The notes beneath the pieces were generated by a model. It ran no database searches. It saw only the letters and a list, made by a program, of their open reading frames with translations, and was not told the DNA's origin. Positions 13,995 to 27,254 of a stretch of 64,000 nt of DNA are shown here, in pieces (within the stretch, counting starts at the first letter, position 1; each line of letters opens with the position of its first letter). The DNA is from Albugo candida (Eukaryota): assembly GCA_040437565.1 (NCBI GenBank), contig JBDOQK010000044.1, positions 186,001-250,000 of the forward strand, read 5' to 3'. Both the position numbers and the translations under genes were made by a program.

Positions 13995-14690
13995 CTTTCA
14001 AAGACCGGATTGCCGTGGTCTCGCATTAAGGAGGTCAAAATTTTCCCATTTGGAGTACGGGTCAAGGACTGGCCCGTCTCCAGGACCATCGGGAAGGTTG
14101 CTTTCCGGATTTGGAAAGGTCTTGCTGCTTCCAATTTCGCAGACAGAACAGACCAATCCGGGTGCTCCCCATCAGCATATAGCTGCAGTATAGCCTCGAT
14201 ATCCGAGGCTTTTGGCTTTGAAAGCTCCACGCGAAATTTCGCCAGAGCTCTAGCTTGGTCCTTACGCAAGGACTCCTGCGACTTGATTATTTCTGCCAAA
14301 GTGGGACCTTTGGTGTCGTCCACACTTGCAGTTGCAGTTGCAGTTGCCTTTGGGTCACTCTGTGACGAGGTAACGACAGTACCGCTTGTACCACCGGTAG
14401 CACAGCCGACACCGGTAGTACCGGCATTACCCTGTACCGTCACACTGGGGTGGGGGTACTTTCCACGTCATCACATAAGGGTGATGACTCATCAACAATC
14501 ATGCAATCACTCAAAACAGGGGAATCATGAGGGTTGCCACGTCACTACAAGTAGACGCTAGCACCCTTAGTTGTGTCGATATGTCGACTTGGACCATTGT
14601 TTTCGAGAGGAAAGAGTTGAAAAAGGTAGTTTTTCGAGTTGTTTTGTAGAAAATTGGCGGGTAACGTAGTAGCCGGCAAATTGAGAAGTC
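13995..14690 (-). mobile_element. 5' end (UTR and ORF1-like N-terminus) of a LINE, same family as the element at 41.4 kb
   Basis: 14457-14690 is nearly the reverse complement of 41381-41616, which precedes LINE RT sequence. It is followed by an open frame from 14443 to the gap. Confidence 0.65.
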
Positions 14691-15199
14691 TGCTATGTTT
14701 CCTCAGCGGTATGAGAGTACGGCGATAATTACAGCGCTTTTTTCATTATGAAACCTTAGCTTTCAATGCGCTCACCAACTTCCTCCATCCACATCAACGG
14801 ACATGGAGAAACATGCGTGGTCGCACGGGTGATCCAAATAAAGATTCTGTGGATGCATAGATAACTCGCACACTTAGGTAGCACACAACAGACATAAACA
14901 CATCGCTAAGCAGGGATCTGTGCCAAGTGATTATTAGTAAAGCTTTAACTGCACCAGGTATCTATCTTACTGAAGCTATTCCTTACTCAAGTGATCTTCT
15001 GGCTTTGTATATGACGATAAACATTCAATGTGAACGAAAGCTCGCCGTTATGGAAATCGACTAACGTTGAAGTTTTTGCATGTAGAGTCTGGAGGCGATT
15101 TCATTTCTTAGGATGATGCGTGCCGTCTTTTCTACCTATCAAGGAGCATAATCATGCAAGTACTTAGGTTTAGAACGATTGGCGAATACATTAATTCTT

Positions 15200-15950
15200 C
15201 TCTAATATACTCCAGTCTTTTGCCTATGAGAACTACCAGCTGTCCGAGGGCTGACTCTGCGTCGAGCTTGTCTGTTCAAGGGATGGATGGTCGAGTCATC
15301 TTTCTGCCTGTCGTCACCAGAGTGTTTTGATTTTTTAGAGGGTATTCCCTTGGGTTGGATTCCATGACCACGTAGTCCGTCTCTGGACTCTTCCTTAAAC
15401 AACCTCACGAGAATGCTAAATCGTGTTCTTTGCTGAAATTCTGACGCCAGATAACTTATCTGCTGTGCTTGCTGATGTGCCAACTCATGGGCCACCATCA
15501 ATCCTAGCTGCTGAGCTTCCATTCTAATTCAGCATTGATTGATTCTGGAATTGCTCTTGCAATAGCTTAACAGCCACTAACAACTCCTCCTAGGATAATT
15601 TAGAGGCATCTCCCTCTTGTGAGCGCTCTTCCTTTTCTCGAATGAATCGAACCAAACCTGAACGGATCGGCTCTACGGTTCGTTGGATAGTCTCGGTCAC
15701 TCTGACCTTTCGCTCTCCTATAGGAGACCTCGCTAATTCACTCATACTAAATTCAAGTCTAAACGACTATAAAAGTAAAGAATTCTTTGTAGTGACTTCC
15801 GTGGTCGAAAATCAGTTCTCTTTCCCCTTAAGGCTCTCGAATCTAAAAAAAGTCCTAAATCACGAAAGTTTCTACATCCCTCGATCTTCTAGATCTCCAT
15901 CACTGAAATCTAGAAGAAGTATAGACAGGACGCTGTCCCTCTATTAACCC
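15200..15950 (-). mobile_element. Possible degenerate gag-like retroelement fragment
   Basis: Interrupted Gln-rich, coiled-coil-like frames (MEAQQLGLMVAHELAHQQAQQISYLASEFQQR) inside the TE cluster. There is no diagnostic motif. Confidence 0.3.
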
Positions 15951-15999
15951 AGGTTGCTATTCCGACGCATCTGTGCTGGTGAGAGTCGAGTTCATGAGA

Positions 16000-16430
16000 A
16001 GCTCGAGGGCTTGAGATGGGATACATCGAGCGGCTAGTTCACTCAGTACACATGTTTAGTAGGAATGCCACGAATATCCAACATGACCAAATCTCCAATT
16101 TTAAATCAACAACTGTACTTTTCTTGTCGTAGAAGTGTTTCTTGACGATCCCGACCTTGAAGTAAATGTTTTGTGCTTAGATCAATGATTTAATGACGAC
16201 GGCCTTGAAAGGGTTATGCGTACACAGAGATTTTATGTTGAACCTGGTTTGTGATGCTAAGATTACTTGGCATACTCAGCGGCGAAAGATGACATACCAG
16301 TTGATGCACTGAAGAGAGTGGCGGAGTTATATGCAGATAAATTCCCCTCAACTTAGCAAGAGAAGACTGTTGCGGAAAAAAAATCCTGACTATATGTAGA
16401 GGCACTACATTGCAAGAATTCTTTAAGAAC
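16000..16430 (-). mobile_element. Ty3/gypsy integrase C-terminal fragment
   Basis: NVLKEFLQC...AYNSATLFSASTGMSSFAAE, then KHFYDKK and FKIGDLVMLDIRGIP. These are typical post-catalytic gypsy integrase motifs. Confidence 0.7.
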
Positions 16431-19400
16431 ATTCAAGAAAGTTTTAGATGATGACTCAGAAAGATTATAAATTTGAGTCATGCTACTGAGTTACATTGGT
16501 AACATTACTTCAGGAATAATTGTAATAAGGCTTCCAAGTTGTACCTTGTGTTGCATACTCATCCGGGAAAAACCTTTCTGGAGAGTACCCACCCAATAGA
16601 TGCTTTGCGATAACTGCTGTACGCAGAATCTTCTGAAATTGAGGTGTGGGATCAGTATCGCCGATAAAATTGCGATATCTCTCATGTCATTTACGGTCCA
16701 CTTCGCTAATTCGGTTGTATCCTCTGTTGGTGTAGCTAGAAGAGCGAAAGCAGTGAAGCAGCACTGAATGCAACGAAAGTGAAGTTCAAGCAGCAAGCAA
16801 ATCCAAAGATGAACGGCGGAATGTTTTTCAACGGACGATATTTGCAACTTAATAAGCGTGGACACCAACAGGACGACTGAAGACAAAAGGCCAAGAGCAA
16901 TCAAGAATGCAAAGCCCGATAACACGGTGTGCATGCATTTATGGCAGTCCAAGGTCAAAAATAGATATATTGGCTTCTCGACAGTGGCGTGAGCAGTCAT
17001 ATAGATTATGTGAAGGGTAATTTTAAAACTTTCAAGCTTCTTTACAACCCAATCAAATTCTCGATTGCGCATGGCAGTAAAGGCGGAGCAATTGTTGTTG
17101 GCACAGTACCCATAATGCTCATAGACGGTGAAAGAGTCATCAACAATGATGTTTTGTTGTCCTAATTAAAACCAACGTCTATTACCGATTCGAGAACTAT
17201 TTTCAAAAGGTTTGAAGGTTTCGTTTTGGACTTAATTGATGCGAGATCCCAAGCTCAAGAGTTCTATCATTAGAGTGGCCATTACAGGAAAAATGTGTTT
17301 ACTTGAGGGAGTATCCGGGCCGTCGAAAGATCAAGCAATGATGGCAACTATGGTACATTATAATCAGTCTCAAAGAATCAAAGTATGGCATGCTCAGCTA
17401 AAACATTTTGCCAGAAACTAAATTTATGAATTGGACAAGTGTGGTACTGTTTTATAGGTGGAAAAAAGTCCCTTGCCTCGATAGTAATGATGAGGATCTA
17501 TGCATTGGATGCTTTAAAGATCGGCTAACACTGAATGTATTTTTGAAGATCATCGCAAAGGGGCCAAAGACGAATGAAGTACTACAGCTTGCCTGCAGTG
17601 ACGCCATGGACCGATGCCACCTCTTCTTCTGGCCGTTCAAAAGATCCCGTGACATTTGTCGATGAATATTTCAGGATTTGGGAACGTGTAAATCTAAAGT
17701 AAGTCGCAAGTGGTGGACTATTTCGTCGAACACAAGTCAACGATATCAACAGGCAAGTTTTGCGTGAATCTACGGAGAGTGATCATACACCAGACTACAG
17801 CTCCATATACCCGCAACAATATGGGTTGTCTGAACGGATGAACAGAACATTTATAGAGAGAGCAAGGACCATGTTAGAGCAATACTGCTGGTTACGTTAC
17901 GAGTTGATGAAAAAATAGTACGAACAGCGATGACACCAATGGAAGTATATTGTGGCATCAAGCCAGATATTTGTGATTTTCGTGTATTGAGTTATAATGA
18001 ATATCCCTATACTGATAAATTGAAGAGTAACTTTCAGCAAGAAGATCATGCTCGCTTATTTTTCAGATACGCGATCCATTCAAAAAGTTTAGCGCGGATA
18101 AAGCAGAATTGGCGAAAGTCGAGATTTCAAGAAAAGTACAACCATCGAAATAGATTCAAGTTACATACGCTCAGTGTCTGATACTAATATCAAAGCCTAT
18201 GCAAATACTCATGACATAGAGAGTGAGAATGTTTTGGATGATGTAAGTCAAAGTCAAAGTCAAACTCCAACAAATCGAGTTCGCAATAATGGATGTCGAT
18301 GAAGATGAGGGAAACCCAGCAAGAGAAAATAATCACTCAGTGACCAAGTATGATGACAGCCGGGTGAGTGCTGTCGAATATTGTGATAACGAGAATCTGC
18401 ATTAGGGTGATGAAGATCTACCAATATCAAAAGATGCTCGCAGTATTTTGCCGAGGTATAGGGAATTGACTCAAATAGCGAGCTTTATCTATTCTGCCCA
18501 GCGTAGAGTCTACTTCCTGATGAACGCACCTTTACCAACTTCTTTACCTTTCGTTGAAATAGTACCGCATGTAAGGGTTGAAAATGAAACATTTGATAAA
18601 GACCGTCGAGGATCGAAACGACTTCGAATTAATCCAGAACTGCATGTATTGAAAATGAAAACGCAGAGACATATTCGAAGCTATCATAAGCCACAACAAT
18701 ATCGAGAGGAAGCTCTTCAGATTCAACTAATCGAAAGGAACATGGGGATTGAGGAATGCACCCTCACATAAAAGACTTATCGGTTGCCGATGGATCTTTA
18801 CAATCAGTTGTATATGCGTGAATACATTCAGCTGTACACAGCTCGTCTTGCTGCACAAGGTTTTCGTCAGATTCCAGATATCAATTACAAGGAAACTTAT
18901 TCACCTTTTGTCAGTATGATCTCGATTATATTTTTTTAGCGTTATGCTGCCAGCTCGGGAAAGAAGTAAATCAGTATGATGTCGACACAGATTTTCTGAA
19001 TTGACACCTCGACGAAGAAATTTACATTTGAACTCCTTAAGGTTACAAAACAGAGTTTTGATAGGTTTTCAAATTGCAACAAAGTTTTATGGTGTGAAGC
19101 AGGCGTCCGCCGTATGGTACATAACTATTTCTGCAGTTTTGGGGATCAGCCTAAGTTTAAATAATGTCTTTTAGATGCTTTCAAATTTTTTCGAAAACAT
19201 CAAGCAGGAAATGTGTTGATTGCACTGTATGTGGATGATATGCTGATTGCAAGTAAGACGATACTGACGATTCAGCATCATCTTTCAAAATTGTTCAAAG
19301 TCAATGACTCAGGTGAAGCACGATGTATTCTGGGAATGGGAACTAGCTTACATACCAAGCAACAAAACTTCAATCTTATCCCAGCAGGCTTGTACAATGA

Positions 19401-20250
19401 AAATGATTGACACATTCAATCAAAAAGCATCATCTCCTGTATACAATCTGAGCGTTCCTGGAAAAAGATTGACCAAATGCAATGAAATATACCAAGATAT
19501 GAAAAAGCGATCTCATTGTTCAATGAGTAGATCATTGCTATATGTGGCGATATATACTAGAAAAGATGCAGCACTCGCTATTTGTCAACTCAGTCAGTCA
19601 TTGGAGAATCAAAGGTCAGAACATTGGGATGCAAGGACTCGGGTCTGACATTAGTTGAAGACGACTTCAGAATTCGTACTTATTTGTAAAAACAAATAGT
19701 CGGCTCTAGAAATAGTTTTTGTAAACACTATGCCAGTCTTTTTCAAATGTAGACTACAAAGAGACGTCTCAACAGCTGAAGCAGAGTACATGGAGTATCA
19801 ATGCGTCTTCAAGAAGTACTTTGAGTAAAATCACTGTTAACGTAAATGGGCCATACAATACAGACTGTAAATTATATATACGTTGATAATCAAAGTGCAG
19901 GAGCTATGGCACAAAACGATGGATATTATAGTCGTGCAAAATACGTCGACATTAGGCACCCTAATATGGGAACATATGAAGGCTGGAGACGTAAAGCTAA
20001 TATACACTACAACCAATCACCAACTGGCAAATTATTTGACGAAGCCGATTGCGAGTATGCAATTTTAAATCTTATTCCGAAGTCCCGGTTGGAAATTTCA
20101 ACTTGAGGGGGAACATTTATAGAAGTTTAGATGATGACAAAAGTGATTATATTAGGGTCCTTAGTAGTTGTTGCTATTCTAACTCCTAGACTTATATTAG
20201 CTTCGCTCTTTTATTCATGAATGGTGATATATGGTGCACTGACTTAACGT
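16430..20250 (+). mobile_element. Ty1/copia LTR retrotransposon, heavily decayed
   Basis: Domains occur in copia order: zinc knuckle (about 16840), protease WLLDSGVSSHI (about 16971), integrase PQQYGLSERMNRTFIERARTML (about 17810), RT (ARLAAQGFRQ, YGVKQASAVWY, LYVDDMLIA) and RNase H (STAEAEY, YVDNQSA). A polypurine tract ttgagggggaa at about 20103 precedes LTR-like sequence similar to 16428-16480. Confidence 0.9.
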
Positions 20251-20481
20251 TTTTTTTTTTGACCTCAAACATCTGCATCCGATCGGCGGAACAAATTTTC
20301 GATGATATGATTGTCTCGTGTCATGGCAACAATTACTAGTGTGAGTAACGTTGATAAAATTCCTTCAATAATAGTTGTAATGAGGCTTAGATTAGCTTTT
20401 TGTGAACTAAGGACCTTAACGTTAATATCACTTTTGTAATTTCTTCTTTCCGCACAAGACTTATCAAGGACCATGACTTAA

Positions 20482-23003
20482 GGGAATTGCTATTTCCACC
20501 CATCTTTCTGCTATTTCTACCCACAAATGTAACTTTTTGACCAATCAGATTATGACGTTATTGCCACACCAATTTTTACTATCTAAACCCACCTTTTTAT
20601 TATATGATTGGGCAAGATTAGTTTATGCAAATTCAGTTTTTCGTTTTACTTTGCTCACATGCATTTTGCCCACAAGATGAAAATAGTGTTGAGATCTTCG
20701 TGGGACATTTTCGGAGATCATGTTCCTCCCTGTTACATTTTTCACATCGCCGCTTAGGCTTCATTGCATAATCAAATGCTGACGGTTCGCGCTTTGTTGA
20801 GGAATTGAGAACCTTATTTTGGGCCTCAAGTGGACGTCCTTTCGCCTTCACGATAGATGGTTCAGCAAGGATTAAAAATTCCCACTTACCAATTCCGAAA
20901 ATCCTAGCATGAATGATTGACTGCTGGGCTGGCGAACAATTTAAATAGCGGCTTTCCAGTGCTTTCAAGTAGAGCTGAAAGGATGCGATGTTGTTCTGCA
21001 TGATGGAAACTTGGTTGGCCCCTTCCGCTATTGCACTGTAANNNNNNNNNNNNNNNNNNNNNNNNNNNNNNNNNNNNNNNNNNNNNNNNNNNNNNNNNNN
21101 NNNNNNNNNNNNNNNNNNNNNNNNNNNNNNNNNNNNNNNNNGGCGAACAATTTAAATAGCGGCTTTCCAGTGCTTTCAAGTAGAGCTGAAAGGATGCGAT
21201 GTTGTTCTGCATGATGGAAACTTGGTTGGCCCCTTCCGCTATTGCACTGTAATTAATGTCACCTAGGTGCCAAAGCTGGTGGATCAATGCTAGGGGTATG
21301 GGGCTGTTACAAATATCACGGATTTCATGCACACATGGTAATCCCATAGTACTCCGCAACGTACGACTACAGGCATTCTTCAAATCCTCTTCCGGTCTAT
21401 TGAATTGCTCTTCGATTTTTTTCAGAGCAAAAACGGAGACGCGTCCAACCAGCTGCTCATAACTTACACTACCAAGGAATACATGTGGGATTCGGATGCG
21501 CTCGCTGGCACTTTTTGCTTCAAGCTCCCGGGCTTGGTGCTAAATGGCTTGCTTCATTCTTGGCTGAACAAGATCCAGATTTCCAGTAGATTTTTGTAGG
21601 TACCGCTTTAAAGCTGAATGCGCTCCTTTAACCACCGACGTCGAAGTATTTCGAAAATGCATCGCCTTGTCTGTCCAGGCACGCACAAATTTTGCTTTAT
21701 GCGGAATCAGGTTTTCTCCAAATAGCTGACAACGTCCGATTTTCCAGCATACTTAATTTTAAATGTACTCTATCCTGCATCATAGTTTGCAATTGTCTTC
21801 AATCTACAAACATTTGTCCAACTTCCAAAAAATCCTCCCATTCCTCGTTTGTGCCAAATTCTTTCTTGCAATTCGCAGCTACATTTTTTTCGATGTGCCA
21901 CATGCATAGGAGATGTGAGTAGTCCGGAAGTATTTCTTCAATGAAACCAGCTAGTACGAAGTCGCGATCTGTCACCAGAACGTCTAGAGTTTGTACCAAC
22001 ATGTTTCACAACTGCTCAAGTGCCCATATATAATCTGCCTTCCCCTCCCCTGATAAAAATGCAAAGGCCAAGTAAAATGTTGAGTTCATTCCCGTTCGTC
22101 CAACAATGCTCAGCAGAGGCATCCTGAATCTGTTCGTTTTGTACGTACAATCCAAGAGAAGAATCCCACAATACCGGCGAGCTAAAAGGATGGATGTTGG
22201 ATGGGTCATGAACAAATGTGTGACGCGCCCATCACCGGTGGTTTTATCACTATACGTCCACGTGCTCGATGTGAGTTCATCCATCAAAGCCTGGATCGGG
22301 GACCTTCCTGCCAATTCCTTCAGACGACATTGAGCTTTGGCGGGGTAGAAGGTTTTCGCTGTAGCCAGAGATTCGGGAAATTCACGACGCAAAAGCGTTA
22401 GCCCCTGAAGTGCGGAGACTCCAGCTGATACGAGTTCCTGTACGCGGCCCTTTTCTTCTTCAGTCATTCTTCGGCATCATGGGTGCCCAGTCATACTCTC
22501 TGAAGGTTCATGATTGTGTTGGATGTTGCGCATTTTGACCTTCCAGCAACCATCTCCGTTTCTCTTTCCAAATGCCTCCCAATTACACCCCTGCAGTCTG
22601 GTTCCTGTTTTTCGTGTCTTTCCCTCAACGTTTCCAGCAGAGCGTCTCCTCAACTCCCCACCAAGATCACAAGCAAGCAAAACTCGCCTGTCTCCATCTG
22701 AACGCTTTATTGACACCCCATAGCCAGATTCACGACACACGTGGCGAACGTGTTCAATGAGCTTTTTATGTGTATTTTTTAAAAAATTAAATTTTTTTTT
22801 AGTGGCAAAAGATTGGTTGCAATTGATGGAATAGGACATTGATAAAGGTGGGTGGAAATAGTAAGAAGTTGGGTGGAAATAAAGCCCTAATCTGATTGGT
22901 CAGAAAGTCACATTGGTGTGGTAATAACGTCATAATCTGATTGGTCAAAAATATAAATTGGTGGGTGGAAATAGCAAAAAGATGGGTGGAAAGAGCAATT
23001 TTC
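20482..23003 (-). mobile_element. MULE/Mutator transposon, full-length with ~95-bp TIRs and a frameshifted FAR1-MULE-SWIM transposase
   Basis: The TIR gggaattgctatttccacccatc...gaccaatcagattatgacgttattgccacaccaat at 20482 is inverted at about 22912-23003. The transposase runs from ATG 22839: FAR1-like (...HNHEP), DCTYKTNRFRMPLL, VTDRD, CMWHIEKN, SWIM-like MGLPCVHEI and a C-terminal knuckle CEKCNREEHDLRKC. It has several frameshifts and one N gap. Confidence 0.92.
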
Positions 23004-26000
23004 TAACTTTAAAGCTAACTTAGAATCTCGGTGGCTGATAAAAATCGATGGTATCCCATGATGTCGAGCGACACAATCAAAGAAGTGACAAGCTGTCATA
23101 TGAGCATCAGCATTGCGATTGCACGCCCACAACATTTTGACTGTTTGGACAATTTGTCGGCAACTGTCATGATATTATCAAATTCGTTTCAATTGGATAA
23201 TACCGTAATATTTTCAGATTGTCAAGGATTTCATTGCGCTGTTTATCTGGTTGTTTAGGTTTCTTCCTAATCCGACCATGACCCCTGACCGTGTGAAGAT
23301 CACTTAAGTATGACTCCAAAGCTAGGGAAGCAGATATTTTCCAAGCTTATCGTTTGGGTGGGCCCAAACCGCAGCCCGTATCGCCGGGATCAAACTAATG
23401 ACCTCCGTCAGGGGGTCCGTGTGCTCAGTAGACTGAAAGGGGGCGCACCTTGTAATGTATTCTATAGAGACAACCAGCGCACAATTCTCCGAAATCGGTA
23501 TCGGAACTATTTTTCTATTCTTGCGAGCGAAGCTGTGTTTTCAGCGAATGCAAACAACTTTGCCCATAATCTCGAACAACTTGGTTAGATGCACGCCAAT
23601 ATTACCATTGAGCGATGGGTAAGAATGTTTGTTGAGAACCAGGAGCGCTGTAACGTTAGAATAATAAAAGCATGTGATGATAGAAGTTCGAAGATAATTA
23701 TCTTTTGTATTAGGTAGACACACGCGCATCATCATTTGTGACTCGAGGAAAAGCAGACCTTCGTGGTTGACATATAGTGGGTCTGAAATTTTATATCGTT
23801 CGGCATTATTCGGACAAGTACAATATCCATGGCAAATCCGTTGCAAACCGAAATGGACGAACCAAGCTAGCTCAAATTGTGAGATTCTTGTGCCACATGA
23901 TCAGCCACAGGAGAAGGCTCGGTAGCGCTTATCGAAAGCGAAGTACTTAATTTGTCATGTATATCGCCATTATCATCAACATCAGAGTCGCTGGTAGTAT
24001 CCTCCCTCTCAAGCGTATGAAAGCGTGAGGATGAACTTGCGCTATCAGGAACAGCGCACTGTTGAACAGATTCAAGTAGCGTTGACAATTCGGAATTTTG
24101 ACGCGATAAAGAAGCTCCAGCCACATTTAAAGGGCCTTGAACGTGAGGCAGCTGTAATAAAGATTGCGAAAGACCGTCAAGTATCGAGCCAGCTTTGGAT
24201 AACGTTCGGACGATGCAAAAATCCTTTGCATGAAGTATCCTCTGTGCTGGTGTCAGATCAATGAGCATAACAGTAATGACGCTTATTTTCCAATGCAGGA
24301 TTTCTTGCAAAAAAAAGCTTTTTCATGTGTCGGCCAATGAAGACCATGAATCCCGTGGTCTTAGGGAAAAGTGCAATGGGATGATCGCATCCAGAATGTA
24401 GTTGGGAGATAACACCACAATCACAATAACCAGAGGCGTCCGTTGTCACACTGAATCGTTTGGCATGATCTGGTAATTTAAAGACAGATGCGCTCTAAGA
24501 GAGTACTTATGTTGCTCAAACGCATGATAATTGACATCCTTCCATTCCCAAACATGCTCCAACTTGACGAGAGTACCAAGCGGCAATGCAGGAATTGCGT
24601 AGTCACGAATGAAACGATGAGAGTAACCAGCCAAACTTAAAAAACTTAATACTTGTTTTAGATTTGTAGGAGTCGTCCACTTCGTAATAGCTTCTGTATT
24701 AGTATTCACGGTAAGTCCCTTGAATAAGATTTTATGACAAAAAAACTTCACTTTCGAATAGCCAAAATGAGATTTAAACTGATGACAGAAGAAGTTCTCA
24801 TGCCGAAGGACTCCAGAACAGAATTCGAAGATGTTCAACATATTCATACAAAATACTGATGAACACACAAATGTCTTCTAGATAGATAACAATGTATCTT
24901 TATCTCGCAAAGTATTCGCATGAGACGAGACCAACCACCAGTGAAAGGTGGTATAATACTTGTGGCTTTTGGGTGCAATCCGCATTTGATCATAGCCTTG
25001 GGCCAGATCCAGAACTGAATAGATGACACAACCACACACCTATTCAAAGCCTTAGTCGATGCAAGGAGGTGATATCTTTGATTTTGTTTTGCGAATGGCG
25101 TAAGGATAATCAATGACCCGAAGAAGAGGTAGAAGTACATTGTCAGAGCGTACCCACTCGGAACGTAATAAGCTTCGCCAGTATTAAAATCCCTATCAGG
25201 TATGCCAAATATATTTGAAACCCATGGAGAATCGGAACTTTTGATACAACCTTTCTTGAGCTTGTCCGCAACAAATGTGTTAAGTGCATATTGTTCGACC
25301 TTGAATAGGTGAAACGGGGAATGGTTGCTTGTTACAGCATTTGGTTCCATAATAAGATCAAAGTCAAGACGACATGAAGGTGGAAACTCGTTAGGAAGTG
25401 TCTTCGGAAAGACATATTTCAACAACTTTGAAAGTGTAGTAATCGATCAAGGTACTCTATCACTCTCGGTCATTAGAGTGAAGATCTTGACGCTATATTC
25501 CTCAACGTACTCATGCTTCTTGATTTTGCGTTTGAAGTCAACTGCAGCAATATCACATCAATTTCGCTACTTTATCTCTAATAGTGCGTGTCATAGGCAC
25601 GCACTGATGCGGAAATGATATTCCATGAGAACTCCGATCAAGTTGAGGTTTAAACTTGGTAAGCCACGGCTAGCCCAAGATGACATCATGAGCAAAGCCC
25701 AATGGCTATTCCAGGAATTGTAAATTGTTTGAAATCTGTATCGATCAAATACGATAGTCGAAGATCTTTTTTCAATGAAGCGATCCTTAGTGAAAGTTCC
25801 GTCGACCTTGTAAATTCGGAGTCACTGAATTGTGTCCTTTTCTGCACCAAGCCGGGACGAACGACACTACAGACTGCATCTCCATCAAACGTAATATTGA
25901 AAGGTATTCCGTCACAAGTTCCTTGTTTGCAAAAAAGTTCATTCTCTGGATGCACCGGATTCATAGTAGACGTCAAAATCTCTTCTATTTCGGCAATTTC

Positions 26001-26400
26001 TAGTTCCTACCTTAAACTTGCAATAGAAGAGAACGAGTAAGTCACTTTAAGAAACTTGGAAGAATTGAAGCTTACAGCCGAGTGTTCATGTCGACTACCG
26101 TGAGATTGTTCCTCCTTAATCTCCATCATGTAACATTTCTCGATAATATGAACCGCTTTTTGATGATAGCCATATTTCATAGACAAAGAAGTTGCTGATG
26201 ATGAGGTGAGACGATTCTTTGCATATCTTGAGTCACTCTCTATTGGTTTTGGATCATTCTCCTTAGCGCGCGGTGCTAATAGTTACTGAAGTTGATTGTG
26301 CTAATTGAAATCTGCGAGTGATCGGTCGGTCTTGCGAGTATATTGGTATGCGGTAATTATTCCTGTAAACACGATGAGATCGACCATTCTTCAACGCAAT
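23004..26400 (-). mobile_element. Ty3/gypsy LTR retrotransposon pol region, decayed
   Basis: Domains occur in gypsy order: protease (about 25900), RT (SDSPWVSNIF; QVLSFLSLAGYSHRFIRDYA), RNase H (TTDASGY...DHPIA) and integrase (FFDCVARHHGIPSIFISHRDSK). It is cut at the MULE TIR. The right boundary is approximate. Confidence 0.88.
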
Positions 26401-27254
26401 CTTCATGACTTGTGAAACTGTGGCATACTCGCGGTTTTGTACATCTTCACGTGTGGGAATTACTAGTCCTCGCGTAAAGCAAGTTATTTAATCCAACTCG
26501 CACATTTCCGTTGCTGGCACAATAGCAACACGGAAATGTGAAATATAGACTTCGAAGTTTGAACAACTCCCTTGCTTATGTTCGTACAATTGATCACGCA
26601 AGCAATCTTACGGATTAGGGGGTACATATACATCATTTGTTTAAACGATGAAATCTTGCATGTCTTTATTTCTGGCATGTTCAAGTATACAAGCTGCAGC
26701 ATTCCCTTGGAAATTGGCGGTAATGATTGCCCAAAGTTGATCTAGGTGAGTGACATCACACCGCTAATAGTTCCAATACCGGCAGGAGAAAGCAGGGGAA
26801 GTAATCGAATCCAAGATGAGTCGTACAGCAAACCTTGTTTGGCGGATATTTATTTGGAAAAATGGAAAACTGAGTTTTCCATTTGAGAATCCCAGTTCAC
26901 CTATCCGATTGGCTTATCCAGTACTCTAAGTTTACAGAAACTATGTATGCATGAATTGTGGAGACTGTAATAACGCATCAGCGTATTTGGTGTGGCCATA
27001 GAGAATATTTTTGCTGCCATCAAAGCACAGCTTCTGAAAAAGCCATACATGAGGACATTCAAATTGGAGCGTCCACGAAAATTACGCGATAATGTACTGA
27101 ATTTAGAAAAGTAAGATGGATGCTCTGTAAACGAAGCGTGCGCAACTAGCCGACTTGGTCATATATAGCGAACTGGCTTTCATTTGGTTAAATGTTGAAT
27201 TCACTCCCTTTTTTATTCAGGGGGTAAACATAATTAAAATATCTATTTTTTTAT

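Noticed and set aside
13872-14561. 229-aa plus-strand ORF
   Set aside because: It spans an N gap and is antisense to the LINE ORF1-like frame.
16491-17072. 193-aa minus-strand membrane-like ORF
   Set aside because: It is the antisense shadow of the copia gag/protease region.
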